This document shows, piece by piece, positions 8,295 to 19,315 of a stretch of DNA of 64,000 bases. Every line of letters begins with the position of its first letter. Position 1 is the stretch's first letter. The DNA comes from an uncultured Alphaproteobacteria bacterium (GTDB lineage: Bacteria; Pseudomonadota; Alphaproteobacteria; Rs-D84). The notes below the pieces were generated by a model. That model saw only the letters and a list, made by a program, of their open reading frames with translations. It was not told the DNA's origin and did not search any database. The DNA lies in NCBI GenBank assembly GCA_944389595.1, contig CALXMY010000004.1:29-64028 (forward strand). The letters run 5' to 3'. The position numbers and the translations under genes were made by a program.

Positions 8295-8343
8295 ACTGTG
8301 GGGTATATTTTTACATATCTTTGTTGCAATTGCAAGTAAAAAT

Positions 8344-8520
8344 TTATCGCGTGCGTATCAGGGCAAAATACCGCAATGAATCCAACGTATATTGGCGTTT
8401 TGCCAAATCATAACGTTGTTGTTGAATGTTTAATTCCTGTTTTTTTAATGCATTGGCATCGCGTATCTCGTTCCAAATGCCATATGTCGCCACAGACATC
8501 ATCATTATACTGAACACCAA
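8344..8520 (-). CDS. Possible small membrane plus coiled-coil protein (53-58 aa); topology reminiscent of FtsB/DivIC-type proteins
   Basis: Hand translation gives (L)VFSIMMMSVATYGIWNEIRDANALKKQELNIQQQRYDLAKRQYTLDSLRYFALIRTR*. It falls below the ORF-track length cutoff. The start is ambiguous (TTG 8520, GTG 8517 or ATG 8505). Confidence 0.3.
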   Translation of the reverse strand: MVFSIMMMSVATYGIWNEIRDANALKKQELNIQQQRYDLAKRQYTLDSLRYFALIRTR

Positions 8521-8604
8521 TATAAAATACAGGCCCCCGGTCGGACTTATCCGAACCGGGTTGCCAAAATCACTGCCGGAAATTTCGTGTTTTTCCGCAA
8601 TATG

Positions 8605-9636
8605 TTATAACCATTTCCATGGCTGCAGAATTTGCAGGAATCCGTATGCCGTACGTTTATCTGCAAATGTGTGGCCACAACGTGGACATACAACAAACGG
8701 TGCAATAACAGCCTTGGTTTTTTTGAACATGGCGTGCCATATGAACAACCCCAGCACCCATACGGCGATTACCAATCCCCATGCGACATAACCAAAATAC
8801 TGGTCAACTGTATCGGTGATGACGGTTATAACCTGGACATCAGATTGTGATAAATCGTCATAGATTTTTGTTGCAACCGGCCACGATGATGGTCGCCATG
8901 GATACACATGTTCAATTCCATAATTGGTCAACAATGTTGTTCCCAAACCACCGGTATTTTTATCCAATTGTGATTTGATAACGCCATCAATCATATCATC
9001 AATCTGAATTTGTAAAACACTGGTTAATTGGCCTTCGATTTCATCCAATTTTTCGTTTACCAGCGCAGCGGTATTATCAACCTTTGCAATGGTTTCATTT
9101 GCTTTATCAATACCGGCGTTTACATTTTCAACACCTTTGTTTACTTCATCCAACGCCTTGTCGACACCACTGGTATTAATACCAAACATATTGGCCAATC
9201 CCGCCAGTTTACCAACTTTTTCTGTGGTATCAGTTACTTTTTCCGTGGTGGCACTGGCATCGGCGGTGACCGCTTTGGCTTTATCGGTTGTATCGGTCAC
9301 AACATCGACCGCTTCGCCAACCATACGAACCTTGTCCACGGCGAACGCAACAGGTTCTTCCAGATTAATAGCATCCTTGATGCCGTCCAATAATTTTTCA
9401 TACTGTTCAACAATGTTACGTTGCAGATCAAAGAACATTGATACAACAATCGATTTTTTTATCGGTTGTGAATATGTATTTTTTACCCACAATGGCGCGG
9501 CAATTACAAACGCAATCCAAATAATCGATATTACGGCAAATACAATTTTAACACGCGTGATAAACGATTTTTTCTTTTTAACCGTTTTGGCACCGCCACG
9601 ATCAATTACCTCGACTTCTTTTTTCTTTCTTGGCAT
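8605..9636 (-). CDS. Hypothetical membrane protein. It has a basic N-terminus, a TM helix, a long helical repeat region rich in V/D/K/T/A, C-terminal TM helices and a CPRCGH tail.
   Basis: ATG at 9636 is preceded by aaggagat. The sequence starts MPRKKKEVEV...VKIVFAVISIIWIAFVIAAPLW. The upstream part of the track ORF (to 9732) lacks an RBS and overlaps the neighbour. Confidence 0.65.
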   Translation of the reverse strand: MPRKKKEVEVIDRGGAKTVKKKKSFITRVKIVFAVISIIWIAFVIAAPLWVKNTYSQPIKKSIVVSMFFDLQRNIVEQYEKLLDGIKDAINLEEPVAFAVDKVRMVGEAVDVVTDTTDKAKAVTADASATTEKVTDTTEKVGKLAGLANMFGINTSGVDKALDEVNKGVENVNAGIDKANETIAKVDNTAALVNEKLDEIEGQLTSVLQIQIDDMIDGVIKSQLDKNTGGLGTTLLTNYGIEHVYPWRPSSWPVATKIYDDLSQSDVQVITVITDTVDQYFGYVAWGLVIAVWVLGLFIWHAMFKKTKAVIAPFVVCPRCGHTFADKRTAYGFLQILQPWKWL

Positions 9637-9697
9637 GACAATCTCCTTTACTGATACATTCAGTTTAATAAAGTTTATGAATTTATTGCAACTGTTT

Positions 9698-10045
9698 TTA
9701 TCGTGTATTTTGATAAAATTTTGCAATTTCATCGGTAAACATTTTACGAATTCTGGATGGTCCCACAGATTTCTGTTGATACGCCATAACCTGATTTACA
9801 GTATTGTAATATATATTTGCGCGTTTGCGTGATTCAAATGTTGCAATTTCTGTTGTTGGTATCACATTGTATTGATTGTTACCCGTTTTCAGACATGCCA
9901 ATGTATAAATATATACCAATTTACCAACAGTTTTTTGTGATAACGCCAAATATATTTTATCAGATGTATTCATTATTAATGCAGGCGTATCCTTGTTCTG
10001 GTTCAACCAACGGGCGGCTAGATCCACCTTTAATTTATCAAACAT
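9698..10045 (-). CDS. Hypothetical protein (115 aa)
   Basis: ATG at 10045 is preceded by aaggga. The longer track ORF would overlap the tgt stop. I recognised no motif. Confidence 0.5.
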   Translation of the reverse strand: MFDKLKVDLAARWLNQNKDTPALIMNTSDKIYLALSQKTVGKLVYIYTLACLKTGNNQYNVIPTTEIATFESRKRANIYYNTVNQVMAYQQKSVGPSRIRKMFTDEIAKFYQNTR

Positions 10046-10055
10046 TATTATCCCT

Positions 10056-11171
<1,116 letters not shown>

Positions 11172-11182
11172 TTATTCCTACT

Positions 11183-12457
11183 TTATTTAAAATTTTCGCG
11201 CCAAACCGCGCCCAAATCAGCGGTAAAATCCGCACCCTGGGTTATAATAGAAATCGGCCCATCAAAATACCCACGTGAATATTTAATCACATCGTCCACC
11301 GTCGCCGCATCATACATTTTATTTATCGCATAAAAATCATACAGGCGGCCATATTGTCTGTAAAAAGAAATCAATTTATCACTGCGCCCACCCGCAGATT
11401 CCAGAAAATCCGCACGCGATAATTTGCTGATGCGGCACATGCGATCCAAATCATCCGCGTTTATTTTGTTTTCTGTATATATCCGATGGGCATTTTGTGC
11501 AATTAATGCGACACATTTTTCCACATTGGCGGCCGATGTTTCCGTGGCAAATCCATTAATCGTTAATTTTTCATTACCAAAACCAACGCATCCAAAACCA
11601 TATACCAGTCCATTTTCATGACGAATGACACGATTTAATTCGCGTGTGATATAACGTTCAAAGTCCCCAACGCAATGATTTTGATATAAATCATCGTAAC
11701 TGTTGCCACATTTGTCTGTAAACAGTATGCGAATTTTCACATTTGTGTTATCTGGTTTGGAATTGTGCGCGATTGCCGGGGTATATTCAATTGCGTCATT
11801 TTCAGGCACATCAATTGACGGCAAAAACGCAAAAGTTTTTTCAATATATTTTAACAGTTTGTCCGTGTCCTTTATTTTCCCAGATGCACAAATTATGCAA
11901 TTTTTCGCAGACAGCCGACGCGATAAAAATTCAATTATTTGATCACGATTAAATGAATTTATCAATTCAACTGTCCCCAGACTGCGTATCGAAAAAGTGG
12001 CATAATTAAACAATGTTTTTGATAAAAAATCATCATATTGCCGAAATGGGTTATCCAATGCACGACGCAATTCGTCACAAACAACGCCATGTTCAATATC
12101 TATCTTTTTCGGGTCAAATAATGAATTTTGCAATTGATCACCGATGAAATCCACCAGTTTTTCGGTATTTTCCGCAATAATACGACCGTAAAAACTTAAT
12201 TGTGCATTACCTGTGCACGCATTACGCGTAGCACTGTAATAATCCAAATATTCTTCGGCTGATTTTCTGTCTGGAAAACGTGGGGTACCCTTGCACAGCA
12301 TATGTTCGCAGAAGTGTGTCAAACCGTATTCATTCGGTTTTTCATCACGTGAACCCGTGCGGAACAATACTTTGAACGTCACCGTTTCCAAATCCATCGG
12401 ATCCAGAATTACAGTTATACCATTTGGTAATTTATGTAATTGTGGTTCGAATTTCAT
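11183..12457 (-). CDS. M16 (pitrilysin/insulinase) family zinc peptidase
   Basis: 424 aa with the inverted zinc motif HFCEHM (HxxEH) near the N-terminus. Confidence 0.8.
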   Translation of the reverse strand: MKFEPQLHKLPNGITVILDPMDLETVTFKVLFRTGSRDEKPNEYGLTHFCEHMLCKGTPRFPDRKSAEEYLDYYSATRNACTGNAQLSFYGRIIAENTEKLVDFIGDQLQNSLFDPKKIDIEHGVVCDELRRALDNPFRQYDDFLSKTLFNYATFSIRSLGTVELINSFNRDQIIEFLSRRLSAKNCIICASGKIKDTDKLLKYIEKTFAFLPSIDVPENDAIEYTPAIAHNSKPDNTNVKIRILFTDKCGNSYDDLYQNHCVGDFERYITRELNRVIRHENGLVYGFGCVGFGNEKLTINGFATETSAANVEKCVALIAQNAHRIYTENKINADDLDRMCRISKLSRADFLESAGGRSDKLISFYRQYGRLYDFYAINKMYDAATVDDVIKYSRGYFDGPISIITQGADFTADLGAVWRENFK

Positions 12458-12477
12458 GTTACTATTCCTTTGTATAT

Positions 12478-12879
12478 TTATCGTGTACGTGCTGTATTTT
12501 TTGTTATTTGCTGTTGTTGAATACGCTGCAATTCTGATTGCATTTGTGTATATAATTGCTGCATTTCAATAACCTGGCGGCCCAGTGTAAATGTATTTGT
12601 CTGTATCGCGGATTGACTTTCATGACTTTTTTCGAATTGTTTTTCTAGTTCTGCAATACGTTTTTGTATATTTTCATATTTCTTTTCTAAATCACGATAA
12701 GATTTATCTTTATTTAACCTTTTGCCATTTCGATTAATGAATTTATCAATCAATGATTGGGCTGCACGTGATTTTACCAACATACCACCCCATTTAAATG
12801 CCGCCTTGCGACCTGCCTTGGTTTTTAAAAAACGTCCCAACAATTTTGGATTTGCTAAAAAACGTACCCATACTGACAT
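12478..12879 (-). CDS. Hypothetical basic coiled-coil protein (133 aa)
   Basis: ATG at 12879 is preceded by aaaggagaaaagga. The C-terminal half has Q/E/K-rich heptad character. Confidence 0.55.
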   Translation of the reverse strand: MSVWVRFLANPKLLGRFLKTKAGRKAAFKWGGMLVKSRAAQSLIDKFINRNGKRLNKDKSYRDLEKKYENIQKRIAELEKQFEKSHESQSAIQTNTFTLGRQVIEMQQLYTQMQSELQRIQQQQITKNTARTR

Positions 12880-12896
12880 TCCTTTTCTCCTTTGTT

Positions 12897-13940
12897 TTAT
12901 TGTTTTTTGAATAATAAACAGCAATCCCCGTATGAAAAAAATCTATATTTTTCCGCAACGGCATGTGCATATGCGTTTTTCATTTCATCCAGCCCCGCGA
13001 ACGCCGAAACCAACATAAACAGCGTCGATTTTGGCAAATGAAAATTCGTCAGCAACACATCAACCGCACGAAATTTATAACCCGGCGTAATAAAAATATC
13101 GGTACTGCGGCAAATTGGCGCAACGCGTCTGTAACGCACGGATTCCGGCAAATTACAGTTGTCCATTGCCGCACTTTCCAGCGTACGCATGGATGTTGTG
13201 CCAACCGCAATTACACGTTTTGCATTGTTGATTATGTCGGCCTGTTGCGGCGTGATGCAACACCATTCACTGTGCATTTTATGTTCATTCAAATTTTCGG
13301 TTTTAATCGGCATCCATGTACCCGCCCCAACATGCAGTGTTATTTTTACTATTCTTGCGCCACGGCGTTCTATTTCGTCCATTAATTCGGGCGTAAAATG
13401 CAACCCGGCCGTGGGGGCCGCCATCGACCCCAATGGATCGGCATATACAGTTTGATACCGTTCACGGTCTGCGGTTTCCGCATCGCGTTTCATATACGGT
13501 GGCAATGGCATTTTACCCACCGCGTCCAGCACAGCAAAAACATTATCGCAATTAAATTCAATTTTTAATCCGCTGTCGTCGTTTTTGTCCAATACGCGCG
13601 CGGTTGTACCGTCGGACAATGTCAGAATTTCACCCAATGGGATTTTGTTAAATTTCTTGCACAATCCCCACCAAATCTGATTATTTTCCGCGGTGTGCAA
13701 TGTAACTTCATGCGACGCACCACGGGAATCCGTGGCATCAAAACGTGCCGGAATTACACGCGAATTATTAAACACAACCACATCACCCGGTTGCAGATAA
13801 TCCACAAAATCCCGAATATGTTTATCGGACAAAGCCCCCCCATTTACCACCAACATACGGGATGCGTCGCGTTGTTGCAGTGGGTGCGACGCAATCAGTT
13901 CAGGCGGCAATTCAAAATCAAAATCAGATGTGTGCAACAT
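12897..13940 (-). CDS. queA: S-adenosylmethionine:tRNA ribosyltransferase-isomerase
   Basis: MLHTSDFDFELPPELIASHP... is the canonical QueA N-terminus. Its ATG (13938-13940) overlaps the era stop by 1 nt (TAATG). Confidence 0.92.
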   Translation of the reverse strand: MLHTSDFDFELPPELIASHPLQQRDASRMLVVNGGALSDKHIRDFVDYLQPGDVVVFNNSRVIPARFDATDSRGASHEVTLHTAENNQIWWGLCKKFNKIPLGEILTLSDGTTARVLDKNDDSGLKIEFNCDNVFAVLDAVGKMPLPPYMKRDAETADRERYQTVYADPLGSMAAPTAGLHFTPELMDEIERRGARIVKITLHVGAGTWMPIKTENLNEHKMHSEWCCITPQQADIINNAKRVIAVGTTSMRTLESAAMDNCNLPESVRYRRVAPICRSTDIFITPGYKFRAVDVLLTNFHLPKSTLFMLVSAFAGLDEMKNAYAHAVAEKYRFFSYGDCCLLFKKQ

Positions 13941-14845
13941 TATTTTTTGAACTCTAGACCCTGGTCCTCGTAATTTTCGGCGACATTTTCCCAATTTGGT
14001 TCAACACGTACAAACAAATGCAGACGCGCATTTACCCCCCATTGATTTTGAATGTCATGTCGAGCGGCCGTGCCGATTTTCTTTAATTGCGCACCCGCGC
14101 GTCCGATAACTATTTTTTTATGCGCATCGTTTTGAACAGCGATTTTTTGATATATGTCCAACACGCCATCATCCGCAACATCGACGCGTTCGGTCACCAC
14201 GTTTATATGATATGGTAATTCCTGGTGAATATATTTATAAATCTTTTCCCGCGTCAATTCCGCCAAATATAAATTATCCGGCACGTCCGTTGCGTCGTGC
14301 GCCGCAAATAAATAAGGGCCAGCCGGCATAACGGCCGCCAACGCGCCCAGCATTTCATCCACGCCGTCATTTTTCAGCGCGGAAATCATAAATATATCGC
14401 GCGGGTGCGCCAATTCATTTATTTCGGCGGTTAATGGCAATAATTCGGGTTTGGGTACGGCATCAACCTTGTTCAATGCGACAAACAGATTTTTATGGTC
14501 GCGTATTTTTTCAACCAATCCGCGCACTGTGTCGGTTATGCCCTTTTGTGCGTCGATTACCAACAATATCGCATCTGCATCAGATGTTGCGCCCATGGCG
14601 GCACCAACCATAGCCCTGTCCAATCGGCGCGACGGGCGAAAAATGCCCGGTGTATCAACAAATATCAATTGCCGATCACCAACCATTTTTACCGCACGCA
14701 AATTTGTCCGCGTTGTTTGCACTTTATGTGAAACTATGGACACTTTGCGCCCCATAATTTGGTTAATTAATGTGCTTTTGCCCGCGTTTGTTGGGCCAAC
14801 AATTGCAATAAATCCAGAATATGTATCAGTCATGTCCAAAACCAT
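13940..14845 (-). CDS. era: GTPase Era
   Basis: G1 motif GPTNAGKST, DTPG, NKVD, and a C-terminal KH domain. An alternative start lies at 14833. Confidence 0.92.
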   Translation of the reverse strand: MVLDMTDTYSGFIAIVGPTNAGKSTLINQIMGRKVSIVSHKVQTTRTNLRAVKMVGDRQLIFVDTPGIFRPSRRLDRAMVGAAMGATSDADAILLVIDAQKGITDTVRGLVEKIRDHKNLFVALNKVDAVPKPELLPLTAEINELAHPRDIFMISALKNDGVDEMLGALAAVMPAGPYLFAAHDATDVPDNLYLAELTREKIYKYIHQELPYHINVVTERVDVADDGVLDIYQKIAVQNDAHKKIVIGRAGAQLKKIGTAARHDIQNQWGVNARLHLFVRVEPNWENVAENYEDQGLEFKK

Positions 14846-14942
14846 AGCACATCAAAAATAAAAGTGAATAAAAATCTTGCAAACAGGCAATCGTATTGTA
14901 AAATCCGTGTCGGAGAGGAATCAGTTATACAAAGGATTAATT

Positions 14943-15662
14943 ATGCAACTGACCGGACCCGAAATTTTGCGACGTATGCAAATAAAAAATAAAAACAACC
15001 CTGATGCCAAACCTGATATTATTATCAAACCATTTAATGAAAAATGTCTGGGCAGTAACAGTTATGATCTGCATCTGGGGAATTTATTAAAAATATATCG
15101 GAAAACATTGCCACGTGGAATGAACCCGATTATTCCATACTGTCCCGGAAAAATGTATTCTATGCGCGATTGGTTCAATAATTATGATTCATATCTTGAT
15201 TTTATTGCGCGCCCATGGGAATTTGATATACGTAATCCACAATATATTTTGGATCCGTGTGATACCACATCACATGAAACAATTGATATAGAAATTCCAA
15301 AAAACGGCGGAATTTTATCGCCAATGATTGGCTATTTGGGACACACGGTGGAATATACCGAAACATATAATTTATTCCCATATATTGATGGAAAATCATC
15401 GGTTGGGCGCAATTTTATATTAAATCATCATACTGCTGGTCGTGGCGACGACGGATTTTGTGGTCAATGGACATTGGAAATACGAACGCTGTATCCAACG
15501 GTTGTTTACCCCAATATGCGCATAGCACAAATTTATTACGAAGAATTTACCGGTGAACGCAAACCATATAACCAAAACACAACCAGTCATTATAACGGTC
15601 AAATGGGTCCGACACCGGCGGCAATAATACCAATAGAAAACATCAAACAAAAACAACGATAA
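14943..15662 (+). CDS. dcd: dCTP deaminase family protein (dUTPase superfamily), with insertions relative to E. coli Dcd
   Basis: ATG at 14943. Supporting segments: SYDLHLGN..., ...IDGKSSVGRNF..., ...GQWTLEIRTLYPTVVYPNMRIAQI... Confidence 0.7.
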   Translation: MQLTGPEILRRMQIKNKNNPDAKPDIIIKPFNEKCLGSNSYDLHLGNLLKIYRKTLPRGMNPIIPYCPGKMYSMRDWFNNYDSYLDFIARPWEFDIRNPQYILDPCDTTSHETIDIEIPKNGGILSPMIGYLGHTVEYTETYNLFPYIDGKSSVGRNFILNHHTAGRGDDGFCGQWTLEIRTLYPTVVYPNMRIAQIYYEEFTGERKPYNQNTTSHYNGQMGPTPAAIIPIENIKQKQR

Positions 15663-15688
15663 AAAAATGGGGCAAACGCCCCATTTTT
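15661..15688. terminator. Bidirectional terminator between convergent dcd and rlpA (tggggc-aaac-gcccca flanked by A and T runs)
   Basis: Read directly from the sequence. Confidence 0.75.
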
Positions 15689-16592
15689 AAATGCTGTCGG
15701 CATTTATCCAACGCCCATTTAACAATAATCCCGGTGCCATACCTTCGTTACTGCGCAATGCATCAATTACACTGCGGGCCTGGGATGCATTCAAATTGAC
15801 AATACGTACCTTGTACATATCGCCCTCTTGGACAACGACGGCGTTACCATATTTTGCCATACGTGCGGCCAATGAATCGGCACTGTCCTGGGCATAGAAT
15901 GCGGCAATTTGTACACTGTAATCACCAGATGTTGCTGGTGCAGTTGTTGTTACAACCGTTCCGGGTGCCTGGGTTGTTGTTACAACAGTTGTTTCAACCG
16001 TTTGTGTTGGTTGTGGTGTTGTTGATGCGGTTGCGCCCAATGTTGCGTTTTTAACCGCAATGGATTCGTTGGCCATAACCTGGACCTGAACCTTGGTCTG
16101 ACCATTCATACCAATTTTCTGGGCCGCGGCCGGTGACAAATCCATAATACGCGTATTTACAAATGGGCCGCGATTATTTACGCGCACAACCACAGATTGC
16201 CCATTGTCCAAATTAGTTACACGGGCAATTGTCGGTAACGGTAATGTTTTACTGGTTGCGACCATTTGATTCATATCGAAAACTTCGCCATTGCTGGTTT
16301 TTGTGCCATTTAATTCCGCCGGAATAATTCCCGCAACACCCGTTTGATTATATGTTAAATCCTCGACCGGGATATATTGTACATCTTCGACCTTGTACGC
16401 ACTGCCCACATAATATTTTGGGGCGGCCGCCAACAAATATGTATTATTCAGGGTATCGTCCGTTGTTATTAATGTTTCTTCGCCAAATCCGTCGGACGAA
16501 TAACCATTCATCGAACTGGTATCAGTCGTGCTTAAATCAGTACACCCGGCAACCAACGCCGTTAATACCGCCAAAGAGATTATTTTTTTCAT
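15687..16592 (-). CDS. rlpA: Septal ring lytic transglycosylase RlpA-like lipoprotein (DPBB domain plus C-terminal SPOR domain)
   Basis: Lipobox LVAGC; ARVTNLDNGQSVVVRVNNRGPF (DPBB); YSVQIAAFYAQDSADSLAARM... (SPOR). Confidence 0.85.
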   Translation of the reverse strand: MKKIISLAVLTALVAGCTDLSTTDTSSMNGYSSDGFGEETLITTDDTLNNTYLLAAAPKYYVGSAYKVEDVQYIPVEDLTYNQTGVAGIIPAELNGTKTSNGEVFDMNQMVATSKTLPLPTIARVTNLDNGQSVVVRVNNRGPFVNTRIMDLSPAAAQKIGMNGQTKVQVQVMANESIAVKNATLGATASTTPQPTQTVETTVVTTTQAPGTVVTTTAPATSGDYSVQIAAFYAQDSADSLAARMAKYGNAVVVQEGDMYKVRIVNLNASQARSVIDALRSNEGMAPGLLLNGRWINADSI

Positions 16593-16664
16593 TATGGGAC
16601 TCCTTACATTCTTTTATGATTAAGATTTTATCATATAAAAAGCCCGCTTTCAACTTTATTTTGA

Positions 16665-18125
16665 CTATATTTTTTTATTAATTAAATACGCAATGGGTAA
16701 ATACAAAAATGCGAAACCGCCAATTGCCACAAACAGTATCCATATATTTGGAATCGGAACAAACCACAACCCCGCCCCCATAAATACCGCCAACGCACCA
16801 AACGCAACAATTGCGCGGCGCGTGCGCGTTTCGGTGTGAATTAATTCGCGGCGCACACATGCACGGCGCAGTAAATAGTTTTTCAGATAACCACTGATTA
16901 CCACACCGATTGGAATTGCCAAATATCCAACAAAATGGTATGCCGTGATGTATATTAATATTGCCACGGCCAATGAAATGATACTGGTTTTCACGGGGGT
17001 GCGAACATCCTGGGATGCATACAGGGTACGGCTGTAAATCTGGCTTATCATCATGGCGGGCAATGCCAAAACCTGTATCATTATTGCCATTGCCACCGCA
17101 TGTGTTGATTCGGGTGTCCATGCGCCATATTCAAACAGATATTTTATTATCGGTTCCGCCAAAACGAATAATCCGACCACACACGGCATAATTAACATCA
17201 TAGATTGCCGCATGGATACATTCTGTTGTAAATATACACTGCGCATATTTTTTTCCGCCATGGCATTTGAAATTGATGATATTAAAACCGTACCAACCGC
17301 CAATCCAATCAACGCGAATGGCAATTGAATCATTCGATCCGAATAATACAGCCATGAAACCGCCCCACTTTGGAAACTGGCCACCAAAGTACCCACAATG
17401 ATTGTTATTTGATAAAATCCGTTGCCGACAATACTGATTCCCAAACGTTTAAACATGCTTTTAATCGCGGGTGTCCAACGCGGCCAAACCAACCGCAGGC
17501 CAAAATAGTGCCGGCGAATTCGCATCCACAAAATCCCAAATTGGACAATTCCGGACAACACAACCGTAAATGCCATGATATACAATATTGTTTCCGGTGC
17601 AAACCACGCCGCCAATAACAATGCGCCAATTAACATTATGTTTAGCAAAACCGGCATAAATGCAACCAACAAAAATTTTGAAAAAGCGTTCAAAATCGCT
17701 GACAAAAATGCCGATGCACATATAAACACCACATACCAAAACATGATTCTGGAAATTAAAACCGTTAACTGCATTTTTCCCGGATCATCGGCAAATCCAG
17801 GTGCCAAAATCCACACAATCAACGGCATAAATATTTCAAACAATAACGTTATAAACAACAATATAACCATTAACCACGAAAAAACATTTTTGGCAAAATT
17901 TTCATCCTTGTTTTTATCGGTATACATGGGGATGAATATGGATGCCATGGCACCCTCGCCCAATAAATCGCGAAATAAATTTGGCAATTTAAATGCGGCC
18001 AAAAATACATCAGACAAACGCCCCGCGCCAAAAACATGCGCAATCAACAGGTCGCGCAAAAAACCAAATACGCGACTGATTCCTGTCATAACACTGACAC
18101 CGAAAATATGTTTGCCTAGTTTCAT
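16665..18125 (-). CDS. murJ: Lipid II flippase MurJ (MviN)
   Basis: 486-aa polytopic protein. The N-terminus ...SRVFGFLRDLLIAHVFGAG..SDVFLAAFKLPNLFR is typical of MurJ. Confidence 0.9.
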   Translation of the reverse strand: MKLGKHIFGVSVMTGISRVFGFLRDLLIAHVFGAGRLSDVFLAAFKLPNLFRDLLGEGAMASIFIPMYTDKNKDENFAKNVFSWLMVILLFITLLFEIFMPLIVWILAPGFADDPGKMQLTVLISRIMFWYVVFICASAFLSAILNAFSKFLLVAFMPVLLNIMLIGALLLAAWFAPETILYIMAFTVVLSGIVQFGILWMRIRRHYFGLRLVWPRWTPAIKSMFKRLGISIVGNGFYQITIIVGTLVASFQSGAVSWLYYSDRMIQLPFALIGLAVGTVLISSISNAMAEKNMRSVYLQQNVSMRQSMMLIMPCVVGLFVLAEPIIKYLFEYGAWTPESTHAVAMAIMIQVLALPAMMISQIYSRTLYASQDVRTPVKTSIISLAVAILIYITAYHFVGYLAIPIGVVISGYLKNYLLRRACVRRELIHTETRTRRAIVAFGALAVFMGAGLWFVPIPNIWILFVAIGGFAFLYLPIAYLINKKI

Positions 18126-18177
18126 AGTTTCGATTATACTGCTGATTAAGAAATAAAATCAAGGCAGGAATATAAAT

Positions 18178-18927
18178 ATGAAAAAAATATTTTTATTTGG
18201 GTTGATAGCAATGTTGGCCGCCTGTGCCGGCACGGATGATGTAATGACAGAACGCAGTTTGCCGGAAATTTATGAACGCGCATATTCAGAATTTAATGAT
18301 AAAAATTACGAATCTGCCGCAACAGAATTTTTAAGCGCAGAAACCCAATACCCGGCCAGTCAATGGGCCGCGGATGCATTGGTAATGGCGGCATATTCCC
18401 AATACATGGACGATGATTTTGCCGGCGCAATTATGACAGTTGACCGCTTTATGCGTTTCCACCCCGGACATCGCGATGTGCCATACATGTTATATTTGCG
18501 CGGAATGTGTTATTATCGCCAGGTCAGCGACGTTCGGCGCGAACCCGGTATGTCGGCATATGCGTTGCAGCAATTCCAACAGTTGGTCGACAGATTCCCA
18601 AAATCGGACTATGCCGAAAATGCGAAAAATAAAATAAATATTTTGAAAAACTATATCGCCGGCAAAGCCATGTATTCCGCCCGTACAGATATGGCACGCG
18701 AAAATTGGCCCAGCGCAATTTCACGTCTGCAGTCAATTGTTCAAACGGCCCAGGAAACCGTCATGACACCCGAGGCATTATACAGATTAACCGAATGCTA
18801 TACCGCAATCGGATTGCCCCAGCAGGCATATGGATATGCCGAAATGTTGCGGTTAAATTTTCCTGATAACGATTGGACAAAAAAATTAGATAAACGCGCC
18901 GGTGATTTTGAATCCGGGCGCGATTAA
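18178..18927 (+). CDS. bamD: Outer membrane protein assembly factor BamD (TPR lipoprotein)
   Basis: Lipobox LAACAG. The TPR-like content and length fit BamD/YfiO. Confidence 0.8.
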   Translation: MKKIFLFGLIAMLAACAGTDDVMTERSLPEIYERAYSEFNDKNYESAATEFLSAETQYPASQWAADALVMAAYSQYMDDDFAGAIMTVDRFMRFHPGHRDVPYMLYLRGMCYYRQVSDVRREPGMSAYALQQFQQLVDRFPKSDYAENAKNKINILKNYIAGKAMYSARTDMARENWPSAISRLQSIVQTAQETVMTPEALYRLTECYTAIGLPQQAYGYAEMLRLNFPDNDWTKKLDKRAGDFESGRD

Positions 18928-18943
18928 CAGGTTATATAACATT

Positions 18944-19315
18944 ATGAAACAATTAACAGATGCCGATATTGCCCAAATGGCAGGCAGCAATTTCGTGCCT
19001 GATTGTGATGCAACGCGTCGACGCGTGCGTAGCGAATTAAAATTGTCAACGCGCATACCACCAATAACAAAAAATATTCCCGAACACGTAATATTGGATT
19101 TACATCATAACACCGAAGAACAGGCATGGAATAAAATAATGAATTTGGTCATATCTGGCACACGACGTGCCACAATCATCACCGGTGCCAGTGGCATTTT
19201 GCATCAAAAATTTCCACAATGGGCAAATGAAAGTATTTTATCACCATATATAATATCATACGTGCCGATAAATAACGGCAGTTTTGATGTAAAATTCAAA
19301 CGCAATAAACATTAA
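18944..19315 (+). CDS. Smr domain protein
   Basis: ATG at 18944. LDLHHNTEEQAWNKIMNLV...ATIITGASG fits the Smr (MutS2-related) motif. Confidence 0.65.
   Translation: MKQLTDADIAQMAGSNFVPDCDATRRRVRSELKLSTRIPPITKNIPEHVILDLHHNTEEQAWNKIMNLVISGTRRATIITGASGILHQKFPQWANESILSPYIISYVPINNGSFDVKFKRNKH

Noticed and set aside
7846-8339. ORFs spanning the tRNA-Gly repeat units on both strands (7846-8283, 7888-8262, 7956-8195, 8073-8339)
   Set aside because: They exist only because the repeat lacks stops, they overlap the tRNA gene and terminator hairpins, and they have no RBS. Coding is unlikely, although the E. coli tyrT repeat does carry a small basic ORF, so this is not fully excluded.
13938-13942. 1-nt stop/start overlap of era and queA (TAATG), and 14-32-nt overlaps at gloB-like/ftsH and ftsH/tilS
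   Set aside because: These are ordinary translational coupling in compact genomes and are not unusual enough to report as findings.
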